Source of the DNA: Octopus sinensis
Lineage: Eukaryota
Length of the DNA: 64,000 nt
NCBI RefSeq assembly: GCF_006345805.1
Contig: NC_042998.1
Span: forward strand, 64,542,001 to 64,606,000
Direction of reading: 5' to 3'
Under the pieces are notes generated by a model. It worked only from the letters and a program-made list of their open reading frames with translations, was not told the DNA's origin and ran no database searches. Of the stretch, positions 1-12,602 are shown piece after piece; within the stretch, counting starts at the first letter, position 1; each line of letters opens with the position of its first letter. Both the position numbers and the translations under genes were made by a program.

Positions 1-770
1 ACATCTCATGCTAACCTGCCATATCTATTGACATTTCTTTTTTCCTTGTCACATAATTTGTTGTCAGCTAGGCATGCTATATCTATGATCCAGCATCGTT
101 AGCTGTCTTTCTCAATTAACACTATGTCTGGCTTCCGATTCTTTATCTCATGTTCGCACTGAATCATAACATCCCATAGGATCTTCGTATTATCATTTTC
201 AATGATACATTCGGGTTTATGTTCGTTTATTTTTTGCACTGTAAAGTCTATAATTGTTGCAATATGTCAAATGGACAATCCTTGCCATATTGTCATGACG
301 CCTCTTATATTGTTTCTGGGCTAGTGGCGTACATTGACTGGAAATACGCCATGTGCTTTTACCGTTTTGTCCACCAATTCTGCACTTAACACTTTCTGAT
401 GTGTATTTTCTATTCTGTATTTGATGTAATCCATAGTTATTGCTTATTAGTTATCCATAGCCATTTTCCTCTCTCTGTCTTATCTTCAGCATCTCTATTA
501 AATTCTCAATCAATTCTTTTCTTTATCCACCTCTTTTCAGTTTCAGTCATTCTGAATTGCTTCTACAGTGCTTTATCTTTTTAATCTTCAATCTTACACA
601 AGCCTGACCTTCTTATTTCAAAAATTAGTGGTACTGTGGCATTTTAAATACCATTCTATGTTGTTTTCCTCTGCTCTAACGCTGTGTTCACATCCAATCA
701 GTATGTGTAATCATCCATTGGGATTTCTATATATTTTCCTCCATTCGTTATTGAATGCAAAAATACTTTA
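1..770 (-). mobile_element. Decayed R4/Dong-like non-LTR retrotransposon 3' fragment (RLE endonuclease region)
   Basis: Minus-strand translation gives LAQKQYKRRHDNMARIVH and RKPDIV, matching the RHD and PD motifs of RLE elements; frame is broken. Confidence 0.75.
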
Positions 771-2330
771 ATATCAATCGTCTCCAATTATTCTTCTTTC
801 TTGTTGAATTTAAAACACCGGCGTTTCTGTAATGTAAGTTAGAGAAACAGTGAAACATTGCAAAATATTAAATCCCGCAACATAATGCTTAGTCTTCACT
901 AATACATAAAATTATATTGCAGATTTATATGGCCGATTTTATAACTTATTTGAAATTTTCCGTTAATACCTTGATTTGTATATTGAATGAATTAGGTATT
1001 CAGTGTTTGGTTATAACGTGCATTCTGATACAAATCTATATTTCATTAGGGTATTGTTTCAGACATAAAAGATCAAAAATAAACTTTACACCTTATTAAC
1101 ATACCGCCTTAGCATATACATACCAGACAACAAGATTTTACTAATCATAGTCCCATATATAAGATAATCTATGTATATGAGTTTTTGTCATAACTTCCCA
1201 CGTTCAGTGTAATACGTTTTGCTGTAATTCATACATGTCTGTAACAATTTACTTACGCATCACATCCTTTCTATGCAATAACTTGTATATCTAAAAACAT
1301 ATCTCAAGTTGAAAGGTTGCTACACGTACACCAGTGTTATTCAAAAAATCAAGTTACAAACGATAGATTCCATGTTCAATCAGCTGCACAGCGATTTACG
1401 CAAAAGCATTCTACCATTAGCATTGGGTCAGTGAAACCTTTTTGAAATGTGGTGAAGATCGTGTATAGTATATTGCCTTTTTGAAGAGCGCTACCTACTA
1501 ATGGTTGCGGTGTTCGCTCATGAAACCTTCTTTGATTATACCTATTTGCCTTTCTACCTTTAGACACAGAAACGCATAGTACAAATGTGCCCTTCCTTTT
1601 CATTTTTGGGAATAAGTAATTTATAATCACGGGTCTTGGCAATCCGAAATAATGAATTCAATATTTTAGTTCACTAATATAACGAAGTATATCAGAAACT
1701 CTATATTATAGGCGTAGTATGGTTGACTGGCACACAAACATAAGTTACTCTGTTTCTTTCCAGGTTCATGGCGTCTTGGGAAAATCGACATTGGAGGAAA
1801 ATGTCCCTAGGACTCCGACTGACTAATATTTAATGAGTGAAATTGGAGAGATGGAAAATATGCAATGAATGAGGTGGAAAATTTAAGAGTCTCTCAGTCT
1901 TTTCTTCTCACACTCTGTTTCGCTGATTCTACGTGAGAATCATGTTAACTCTACAAGAGTTCGGAAAATCCTCAGGCATTTTCACGTTCCTTAAATAAAC
2001 TGGTAATTCATTTACTCGAACTATTGTATTTTTAAAGTCGAAACGGCCGGAGAAGGATCTTCCACGCAATCAAAAGACCCATGTGCTCCCCAGGTTCTCA
2101 GTTTTCACTGAATGATAGTCATACAGCATTCCGAATCTCATTTTATTCTAAAATATCGTAATTTCAAATAGAATTGTATTTTTAAGGCTTTCGAATCATT
2201 ATTCATTTTATATATTATACATTTTCTATGTTATATAATACGTGTATTTTATTTGCTGCTATTGAGTAATATTCCATTTTCAAAATGAACGCTTCCAAAT
2301 AATGTTTAATATTTTGACAGAAAATATCAA

Positions 2331-2569
2331 AATTATTTACATTATTTACATTTGACGGATATTTGTCTCCATCTTGTTTGTTGTGAACACAACGTTTCTG
2401 TTGATATACCTTCCAGCCTTCATCAAGACACCCCCACCACACCCGATGAAGGCTGGGATGTATATCAGCCGAAACGTTGTGTTAAGAACACAAACTAGAT
2501 CAGGACAAATATCCGTCGAATGTAAATAATGTAAATAATGTACAGCATTCCTCATCTCTTTAATATAGA
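2331..2569. mobile_element. Palindromic insertion of two inverted HHR-bearing tails, flanked by a 14-bp direct repeat (TSD)
   Basis: 2333-2425 is the reverse complement of about 2444-2540; acagaaaatatcaa at 2317-2330 and 2570-2583. Confidence 0.8.
2439..2482 (+). ncRNA. Minimal type I hammerhead ribozyme motif (U4C variant)
   Basis: acac-CCGATGA-a-ggctg..cagcc-GAAAC-GTT-gtgt; palindromic AACGTT stem III. Confidence 0.65.
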
Positions 2570-3227
2570 ACAGAAAATATCAACTATTTATTATATAAAT
2601 TACAAAATTTATTTGCTCCCTATATATTCGAAATCCATGAATATGCGGAAAAAATTTTGTGCGGACGAAATGTTTATGTACAACTGAAATATTTGTTTTT
2701 AATTTACTGTATGCAGGCTGCTTTCAACATTTCTTGAAAGTTATTGATAAATCGTTAATTATTCCTGATTAACTCCAAATCACATTCTCCAGTGTTTTTT
2801 CCACGTAGAGAAAGTACTTTTACTGTCTAGATATCACTTATATTACGTTAGGTACTAAATCTGTCAATGATTGCGATATCATTGAGAGACGGATAAATTA
2901 TTTACAATTACCAGCTGTACGAAATTGCTTTGTAGCCATCAAAGAAAGTTTAACTAACTTGTGTGTCTCATTAAATCTGGCATATGTTGTCCGTCACGCA
3001 ATTTTCCTTCTCTCATTTGATTGTATAAATGTGTTTGGAATGACAGCTGAGACGGGTGATCCCACTGAACTGTGAAATATCTCAATTTTGCTGTGGACAA
3101 CTGGAGTCATTGTGAGTAGATGTAAATTTCATTAAAATCCTGGTTTATTTTAAGTTGGCCATTGAGATAAATCCATAAGAAGTATACATGTATACAGTAG
3201 CTGATAAAAATGAGTAGAAACTTATTT

Positions 3228-3390
3228 TTAAGGGCCAGACTCATCACATTCTGTGTTATGCTGAATCTCACTGAGATCTACGTTAATGCTATGAATGTCT
3301 GTGGGGTGTTCAGCCAGTTGCACGTTAAGTTTAAGAGTAGGCTGTTCCGTTGAACCCTCGTCCTCGTAACCGACGGACTGGCAGTTAATT
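3228..3390 (-). CDS. Candidate terminal coding exon of an unknown gene
   Basis: Acceptor ttattttttatag, then an open frame INCQSVGYEDEGSTEQP...CDESGP*; no homology recognised. Confidence 0.3.
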
Positions 3391-3904
3391 CTATAAAAAA
3401 TAACGCAGTTTCGTATCAAATCCTACATAGTTTGAAACGAGATTGCTTTTACTCATTTTCCATTAATTTAAGATTTCCTAATCAAAATGAGAGTATTCTC
3501 ATTTCTTCTCATTCGCATCTTTTATCATTTTATCTCTTTAATTACAGATAAATTAAATGCCATAATTCAATTACTATCAATGAATATTTTCTTAACAATT
3601 TCTCTACCAATCAAATGATTATTTATTTGGCAATAAATTGTTCACTATTACATAATTTATAGTCACCAGTTTACAATAACATGCTTCAGTATATGTCATT
3701 GCAGTTGTAGTGATTGCCATATTTTCGAAAGATATTAAATATTACAAAATTTTTTTATGTTGGTAAAATACCACCCAAAATTTGAGGGAAGTGCAATCAG
3801 CTAACAGATCTATTAGAGCATCTGCAAAATTGGCTTGGCAGGATTCTTTCCTGGTGTTTTACGTCCTGGATTGAAAGCCCGTAGAAGTTTGTTTTGCGTT
3901 TTAC

Positions 3905-4200
3905 AATTTTCTTCTTCTTAATCCTTTTTGCCCCTTGTGGAGCATAGGGCCTCAACAGTTGTTTTCCACTTTTTGTGGTCATTGGTGTGTTTCTTGGCTG
4001 CTTCCCATGTCAGGCCGGTGGTCCAGAGCTCATCCAAAATGCTCCGATTCCATGTCTGCTTCGGGCGTCCTCGCTTCCTTTTCCCCTGTGGGTTCTAGTC
4101 AAGTGCTTGTCGTGTCACATTTGAGGTTTCATTCAGCAGTTTCATTCCATCTTCATTTCTTTCGTCTAATTTGAAAATGTATGGGCTCCTGGTTGGCCCT
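3905..4200 (-). mobile_element. RTE-clade LINE 3' end
   Basis: Minus strand reads GKRKRGRPKQTW...WKTTVEALCSTRGKKD*, followed by an (AAG)n tail. Confidence 0.75.
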
Positions 4201-4780
4201 TGACAAGCTTTACTATTTTAGATTGATGAAATGATGTAGCAGAAAATTCCTAGTTCTATGAGTTTGACTGATGACCATGACTTTAAAAAACGATGGATTT
4301 GTTGCAAATTATAACCAGTTCTTTTTGCCTTTGTCGCTTATGCTTCTTCGTGCACATATAGTCTTTCTGGTTGAGCCATTTTTTTCTTTCTGGTTAAATA
4401 TCAAACCGCTGCTTGTCACTTCAGAAAATCAGCGTATATCGAAAACGTCTAGCTATACAATTAACCTACAATTTGTTTAGCATCATAGACTTTACTTTTA
4501 ATATTCAAAGATAGTATGTTGTTGATATTTTCAATAATGTAAACAGTCATCTTAATATAACACTAAATATTATTATCTTTGTGAAGTTCCGAACATACTT
4601 ATATAATTAATTTATAAGATAACGTCTGCCGTAATTGTATATCTGTAATTTGGAATATTTTCATTCAACAAATTCAAACAGTTACTCTGTGGTACGGCCA
4701 TCTCTAAGAACAATATTAAGGTCGTCAGCTTAATTTTTTGTTACAATTTGCTATCTCTCAAATAAACACACACACACACA

Positions 4781-4850
<70 letters not shown>

Positions 4851-5161
4851 TATATATAATATATATATATATCCGTAATAATGAAGGGTGAAATTAATTA
4901 ATTTGGAAAAATTATCAATTACACCAAGTAGTCTTCGGCATGTAAAAGCCTCATTCGAGGAAAATTTAAGTAATACTAAGCAATAAGGGTTTAGCAACGA
5001 GTTGCCTTACCACATACCGAATTTAGAAATAGCAGTCAAAGGGTTATAGCTATTTCTTCTACTAAAAAGGGAGATCTCAGTAAAAACAGCATTTGGAAGG
5101 CAGACACAAACAGGTAAGAGAGAATGAATTGACTGCAATCTATCATACATTTTTTTAGTTA

Positions 5162-5268
5162 TCCACGGACGTACGTTTCGAAATCAAGTTTTAAGGAAAG
5201 CATAAGAATTAAATATTAAATATTAAATAATTCTATCTTACCGAAACTTCTTTTCTCTTCAGCGTAGA
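5162..5268 (-). ncRNA. Type I hammerhead ribozyme with extended stem II
   Basis: Reverse complement of 5913-6019. Confidence 0.8.
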
Positions 5269-5912
5269 ATACTATAATCATAAATGATTATATATTGAAT
5301 TTTGAGATACCAGAAGGCACCAACTCAACTCAGTATCAGAGCGAGCTAGAATCCGCAACTGGTATCACCGAATTCAATTTGTGAATGAAACGATTGTGTC
5401 AACAGCCCCTTCCCACCCGCGTGTAGCCAAAACAAGATGCTGTGGTCATCTACTGAGATAAAATATGGTTATCCGTAATAATGAAGGGTGAAATTAATTA
5501 ATTTGGAAAAATTATCAATTACACCAAGTAGTCTTCGGCATGTAAAAGCCTCATTCGAGGAAAATTTAAGTAATACTAAGCAATAAGGGTTTAGCAACGA
5601 GTTGCCTTACCACATACCGAATTTAGAAATAGCAGTCAAAGGGTTATAGCTATTTCTTCTACTAAAAAGGGAGATCTCAGTAAAAACAGCATTTGGAAGG
5701 CAGACACAAACAGGTAAGAGAGAATGAATTGACTGCAATCTATCATACATTTTTTTAGTTATCCACGGACGTACGTTTCGAAATCAAGTTTTAAGGAAAG
5801 CATAAGAATTAAATATTAAATATTAAATAATTCTATCTTACCGAAACTTCTTTTCTCTTGGTGCCTTCTGGTATCTCAAAATTCAATATATAATCATTTA
5901 TGATTATAGTAT

Positions 5913-6019
5913 TCTACGCTGAAGAGAAAAGAAGTTTCGGTAAGATAGAATTATTTAATATTTAATATTTAATTCTTATGCTTTCCTTAAAACTTGATTT
6001 CGAAACGTACGTCCGTGGA
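5913..6019 (+). ncRNA. Type I hammerhead ribozyme with extended stem II
   Basis: tctacg-CTGAAGA-gaaa..aagttt..agaatta..taattct..aaactt..tttc-GAAAC-gtac-GTC-cgtgga; 6-bp stem I; palindromic ACGTACGT stem III. Confidence 0.82.
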
Positions 6020-6512
6020 TAACTAAAAAAATGTATGATAGATTGCAGTCAATTCATTCTCTCTTACCTGTTTGTGTCTGCCTTCCAAATGCTGTTTTTA
6101 CTGAGATCTCCCTTTTTAGTAGAAGAAATAGCTATAACCCTTTGACTGCTATTTCTAAATTCGGTATGTGGTAAGGCAACTCGTTGCTAAACCCTTATTG
6201 CTTAGTATTACTTAAATTTTCCTCGAATGAGGCTTTTACATGCCGAAGACTACTTGGTGTAATTGATAATTTTTCCAAATTAATTAATTTCACCCTTCAT
6301 TATTACGGATAACCATATTTTATCTCAGTAGATGACCACAGCATCTTGTTTTGGCTACACGCGGGTGGGAAGGGGCTGTTGACACAATCGTTTCATTCAC
6401 AAATTGAATTCGGTGATACCAGTTGCGGATTCTAGCTCGCTCTGATACTGAGTTGAGTTGGTGCCTTCTGGTATCTCAAAATTCAATATATAATCATTTA
6501 TGATTATAGTAT

Positions 6513-6619
6513 TCTACGCTGAAGAGAAAAGAAGTTTCGGTAAGATAGAATTATTTAATATTTAATATTTAATTCTTATGCTTTCCTTAAAACTTGATTT
6601 CGAAACGTACGTCCGTGGA
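6513..6619 (+). ncRNA. Type I hammerhead ribozyme (second tandem copy)
   Basis: Same sequence as 5913-6019, 600 nt downstream. Confidence 0.82.
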
Positions 6620-8892
6620 TAACTAAAAAAATGTATGATAGATTGCAGTCATTCATTCTCTCTTACCTGTTTGTGTCTGCCTTCCAAATGCTGTTTTTAC
6701 TGAGATCTCCCTTTTTAGTAGAAGAAATAGCTATAACCCTTTGACTGCTATTTCTAAATTCGGTATGTGGTAAGGCAACTCGTTGCTAAACCCTTATTGC
6801 TTAGTATATATATATATATATATATTCATTATTAACGATACATCATTGCAAGTTCATTTCGTAGCAAATTAATTTGACCACTATAATTTTCTTCAGCCAC
6901 GGCTGTTTAGTCCATGTTAAGGTGTCATGGTACGATGCTATCTGCTCTGCGTGGTTTACTACATTGTTCCATATCCTTTAATTAGAGGAAAGAGCGAATA
7001 CTATTCTAGGATTTGCCCTTTCCTCTAGTTTTTTCCTCCCTATAAATATTTTAAAATTTTATGTTTCTCCGCTCGCTTAAAGTTTGAAAAATCCATCTGT
7101 CATAACGTTAAAAACATGCGTCTCAGCATCTCCTACAAGCTGCGAATATATTCCCTACTTTACTCCTTATATGTTTTTCAAAATGGTGTTGTCACACCTT
7201 TCTCTCCTTCCAGAGAGTCATGCATCACAAACTGTATTTGCTTTTTTTTCTGGTCTCAGTTTCAGACGGCCATCATAACTATCATTACTCAAACAGGAAA
7301 TTCATTCAAATTACGAGTTTCACTTGTCCGGAAGACTCTCATTAGTGACCCCAAATATTTGGTCAAACCATGTAAACGTACGCGGTAGAACATATTTTTG
7401 ATATTTATGTAGAAAAACCGGTATATTCTGTGCAAGGGCAGACCAGAAACAGTCACATCAACACTCCGTAACTGCTCGCAACACCCCCAACGTGTTACAA
7501 ACATTAACCACTTCCAAATGCAGGGCCAATAACATGAATAAAAATAAGCCTCTACTAATAACGCACAAAAATCACCATAGAAAAGGTCTACTTACCAACA
7601 GCAAAGTCAGGAACAAATATAAGAAATCTCAGGCATAATGCCAACATTTTTAGAACGATTGAATGCGATAGAAACCAAGTGGGGGTGGATCATAAATCTT
7701 CTCACATATGAGATACAATTGAGGGAACATGAAAGAGGTGAACTGTTTCACGTAAAATAAATGTGATTGATAACTAAACCTAGATTTTAAGCACAGTGAA
7801 CATGAAGATGAATAAAGTTAAAGTGTGCTAAAAGTCAGATGAATACTACCGACTGGACATACAATTATGAATGTAAATCTACTTAGCGTTATGGGTTCCC
7901 GATAAAATAATGTACCAGTGAAGTAGTTGGATGGATGGTATCAATTAACATTCCCTCCAAATCTGTGGTCTTACACTTAACTAGAATCAGTTATTCTTCA
8001 AACGCCCTCAGTCGTTCATCGCCCTCTGCCTGTTGAGTGACGAAACTCTCCGGCTAAAACACACGAAATGAATGTTCTGACTTTGCCTACTTGTGAAGTT
8101 GTGTCAACCACCTATTGTCGCATGTAGAATGAAGGTGGTATTGGTTGAGTCCATTCTTAGGATTACATCCAGCATTTGCCTTCAACGTGCGGGGAAGCCC
8201 TTATTCGCTGTCTAGTAATTGTGGTGAAGACTAAGTGGTTGGAAGAGGCTGAAGAGATCGAGTACAAAGACGGACGGCTTTTGACACCTAAAAAAAAAAG
8301 AAGAACAAAAGAGAAAAGTTTGGATGCATTGATCTTCTCTAAATATACCTATGTATATTGCAGAATATGAGTGGAATAGTCTGTGTGTCCCTAGTTCTTT
8401 GAGTGACATAGGATCACTGGAATTCCTTGACTGGTCTTATTTCGGTGATCGTTAGTATCGGAAAGACCGTATCATACTTGTTCACATATACTATCTATAT
8501 TTTAATATCAACTCCCCTTCATAGCACCCTGTCCTTACTATGAGATCTCACTGTTCACGTTTCGAAGCTCCGTTTTAAGATTTTCTTCCTTGATTTTTTT
8601 CAAGGAAAGCACGATTATTTTCACATTTTAGTTGGTTGTAATTTACTGAATCCATCATTGTATTTTCGAATGTTCTCTTAATTACCCCGCATAAGGACAT
8701 GTGATTTATTATTACGCCTTCCCTTGTATAGCCATATGTTTTCAACCTAATCTACATAATTTATTACTGTTCTATCATAGACTTCCCTACACAATGGGAG
8801 GAGATGGAAACAAATCTGCAAACAGCAAATGAGCCGACTAGATGTTTGTATTCTGGATTACACCCAACAATAATTTTCATTTTTTTTTAAAG

Positions 8893-9090
8893 TTTCAGCT
8901 CAGAGCTGCGGCCATGCTGATGCACCGCCCTTTTGTGCTACACTGTTATTACTAGGAGCCTCCTCTAATATGTGCCACTTGATGAAGAATGGAGTTTGAT
9001 ATAGCTGCCCTCATTTGCACCTCTTGCCGTGAGGTAGGCTCATCTGGGTCTCTCGACAGGAAGAAGTCCAGCTTTGCAAGTAAAAGGTAA
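8893..9090 (-). mobile_element. 3' end fragment of the same CR1-group LINE family as 10651-12572
   Basis: Reverse complement resembles about 12380-12572 (ggcggtgcatcagcatggccgcagctc..gctgaaact). Confidence 0.8.
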
Positions 9091-9281
9091 CAGCTGCATT
9101 TTTGTAAACACCTTTAACCAACTTATGTCGAATGAGAAGCAACTGCAAATGGCGTTGAAACGAAGACAAACACTTCGCTATCACAAATTAGATTTGAACA
9201 AGATTTTTAAAGTAACGAGGACAAATCAACATATATACATATAAAAAGATCAAAAACACATATACAGTTTTTTAAAAAAAT

Positions 9282-9479
9282 TATTTACATTATTTACATT
9301 TGACGGATATTTATCCTCATCTTGTTTGTTGTTAAGACAGCGTTTCGGCTAATATACTCTCCAGCCTTCATCAGGTATCTTGGGGAAATTTCTAATTCCT
9401 AATTGGTTAAGAGAGCGGGCTACTAACCCCAAGATTCCGAGTTCGATTCCAGAGAGTGAACTAAATAATAATAATAATA

Positions 9480-9517
<38 letters not shown>

Positions 9518-9606
9518 TAATAATAATAATAATAACAATAATAATAATAATAGTAATAATAATAATAATAATAATATATAATAATAATAATAATAATAAA
9601 ATAATA

Positions 9607-9651
<45 letters not shown>

Positions 9652-9685
9652 TAATAATAATAATAGTAATAATAATAATAAAATA

Positions 9686-9750
<65 letters not shown>

Positions 9751-9781
9751 TAATAATAATAATAATAAATAATAATAATAA

Positions 9782-9815
<34 letters not shown>

Positions 9816-9817
9816 GT
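9282..9817. mobile_element. tRNA-head/(AAT)n element with its HHR tail inverted upstream
   Basis: HHR tail on the minus strand at 9282-9400 (core 9334-9381); tRNA-like head on the plus strand at 9402-9462 with B box gagttcgattcc; (AAT)n at 9463-9817. Confidence 0.7.
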
Positions 9818-10650
9818 AAATGCCCTGATGCAGTACAAGGCAGTGGCTCTCATGGCTTCTGATCTCATGGCTTTTGTCCCTCGACAAAAATCCCGAAACT
9901 AGTTCGATCGTATCACTCAGGCTTGCGAGGAAGGAATGGCCTCCCTTTGCAAATACTCCAAGGGCACTGATATTGTGTCTAAAGCCAGCTAGAGACGACG
10001 ATCTCTTGGGGCTATAAAGCTACAGTAACAAGCCCTCCCCAATGTGGTTAGCCATGATATGATGGCTTCTAAACTTTACATTATCGAGTGATTACTGTTT
10101 CAATCTCATTCTGTGATTTAAATAACACTTCTATTTGCCAAATGTATTGAATAAGTCTTCTAATTAATTGAAGAAAACTGTCATGAACAGAAAAAACTTT
10201 TCTTCTCCTTCCTCTTCTTCTTCGTTTTCTTCATCTTCTTTCTACTGTGTATTCGTGTATTTTTGTTTATGTGAATGTAATTTGCATTATTTTTATTATT
10301 ATCAATATTATGTGTTGGAAGAGATGGAAGTGATGTGTCAGTGTTTATGACGCTGATGTGTGCAATGACAAGCGATAATGATTTGTCTCCCTTGCTATTC
10401 ATTTATTGACATTCCAAGCAGCAGAATTGAGGAACATTCAATTTTCCACTTCATTACTTTGGTTTGATAACCCGGCATATATTAGATATATATTTTTCTG
10501 CATATTCTTTGTGTTAACTTCCTAATGAATGGAATTGGCCAGGTCTTGATCAGGTGTAAAATGTACTGCTCGCAAAGTTGGAATTAACAAATGTGATTCA
10601 GTATCATTATAAAACAACGAAAGCAATATATAAATATATATATATATATA

Positions 10651-12571
10651 ACCCAGACAAAGAAGCCTGGGTTATAAAAAACATGAAAATTAAACCCAAT
10701 AGCCTTCTTTCATTACGCGAAAGAAACAGTCTCAGTGCACTACAAGATAGGACTCCTCCTCCAAAAGGATGGCTCCCTCACAGACAGTCCAACTATGATC
10801 AGTGAGATGCTGAATAACCAGTTCAGAAGTGTCTTTACCACCCCCTTGGAACACAGACAAGTGAACGAACCAGTGGACTTCTTTGCCGCCTCAGCTATAA
10901 CCAGCGAGGCGGTTACAATAGAATGTATTGACATTAGCGAAAAAGATGTCCTACTAGCCTTAGATGAAGTGGACACAAACTCAGCTGCTGGTCCAGACGG
11001 TTTCCCAGCCATCCTCCTCAAAGCGTGTAAGCATGCCCTGGCAAAACCCCTCAAGATTCTCTTCCAGAGCTTTCTTGTGAATGGCAAACTGCCAAGCAAG
11101 CTGAAGTAGAGCAGATGCCAAAAACCATAGGCCTATCTCTCTGACTTCACACATCAGCAAAGTCATGGAAAGGATAGTCAGAAAGAAACAAATCGCATTC
11201 CTTGAGGAAAATAACTTGCTGAGGAATACCCAGCATGGTTTTCGACCAGGTAGGAGCTGCCTGACCCAGCTCTTACAGCATTATGACTGGGTCTTGAGGC
11301 AGTTACTCAACAAATGAAATGTGGACGTAATCTACCTTGATTTTGCAAAAGCTTTTGACAAGGTGGATCATGGCATGGTATGCCACAAACTACGTGACCT
11401 CGGCATAGCTGGAAAACATGGAGTGTGGTCGCATGACTTCCTGAAAGATAGGAGTCAGGCAGTAGTGGTTAAGGGAGCCACCTCTATGAGCACATAAATA
11501 GTGAGCGGTGTTCCACAAGGCACTGTCTTGGGACCACTGCTTTTTATAGTGGCCCTCTCAGATATGCCCTCAAATGCCCGGATAGCCACTCTGGCCAGCT
11601 ATGCACACGATACGAAGGTCTCGCAGAAAATACCGAACCCCAGCAATGTTGCACACCTGCAGCAGGAGTTGGACTCAATCTACAGATGGGCTGAAGAAAA
11701 TAATATGCAGTTTAATGCTGAAAAATTCCAGGCCCTGCGCTACCAGCATCCAATACTGAATATCAAACTTACAGGATACACCGGTCCACAGGGAATTTCA
11801 ATCCCAGAGCCTAAGTCTGTGAGGGACCTGGGTATCGACATGAGTGATGATACCTCTTTCCAAGTGCACATTATCAGGATGACGACAAAGTGCAGACGAC
11901 TGGCTGGGTGGATCCTAAGAACATTCAGAAAAAAAGATAAGGAAACAGTGATGGTCCTCTGGCGGACATTCCTTCTCAATCGCCTGGATTACTGCTCACA
12001 GCTATGGTCACCCACCAGTGTAAAATTAACAGCGGACCTTGAAGCAATCCAGAGAAGATTCACAAAGAAGATCGTCTCTTTGCAACAGCTTAGCTACTGG
12101 GAAAGGTTGAAACAGCTAAGACTCTACTCCCTGGAGAGAAGACGGGAGAGGTATGCAGTAATATATGTCTGGAAGATCCTGGAAGGAATTGTGCCAAATT
12201 TTGGCATTGTAAGCTACACCATTGCTAGAACGGGACGACACTGCATAGTGCCAAAGATCCCAGCAATGCCATCACGCTTCAGGACCAGCTTCTGCAACAG
12301 CCTGGGTTTCAAGGGCCCACATCTTTTTAATATTCTCCCAAAGAGTCTGAGGAACTTGCACAAAGTAGATGTAGCGGTTTCTAAATCAAAGCTGGACATC
12401 TTCCTGTCAAGAGTCCCAGATGAACCTACCTCACGACAAGAGTTGCAAATGAGAGTAGCTGTACCAAACTCCATTCTTCACCAAGTGCCACATATTAGAT
12501 GAGGGTCGTCGTAATAACAGTGTAGCACAAAACGGCGGTGCATCAGCATGGCCGCAGCTCTGTGCTGAAAC

Positions 12572-12572
<1 letters not shown>
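10651..12572 (+). mobile_element. 5'-truncated CR1-group (CR1/Daphne-like) LINE with a disrupted reverse transcriptase
   Basis: AAGPDG, YLDFAKAFDKVDH, SGVPQGTVLGPLLF, YAHD (mutated YADD), LDYCSQLWSP, LYSLERRRER; stops at about 11107 and 11315; flanked by (TA)n. Confidence 0.92.

Positions 12573-12602
<30 letters not shown>

Larger units (their letters stand above)
4871..6807. repeat. 600-bp HHR-containing unit: about 1.65 tandem copies, then about 1.6 inverted tandem copies, between (TA)n runs
   Basis: atccgtaataatgaaggg at 4871 and 5471 (period 600); strand switch at about 5858; inverted copies repeat at 5858 and 6458. Confidence 0.95.

Noticed and set aside
1764-1826. Plus-strand acceptor (tttctttccag) followed by 20 codons
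   Set aside because: Too short and no recognisable homology
4871-6807. CRISPR or other prokaryotic repeat system
   Set aside because: No short repeat-spacer structure or cas genes; the context is eukaryotic
7586-7750. Minus-strand exon with a ttg/gtaagt donor
   Set aside because: Stops in all three frames; no support as a coding exon
8031-8055. ctgttga-gtgac-gaaac as a hammerhead
   Set aside because: A6 is missing, stem II is too short, there is no stem I or cleavage triplet, and GAAA is disrupted in the mirror copy
9349-9887. Long poly-I/L/Y ORFs (also at 21413-22540, 26628-28148, 35127-35665, 61647-62483)
   Set aside because: Translations of microsatellites, not genes
11501-12502. 333-aa ORF as a functional or domesticated RT
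   Set aside because: Upstream stops, 5' truncation and the catalytic YADD changed to YAHD
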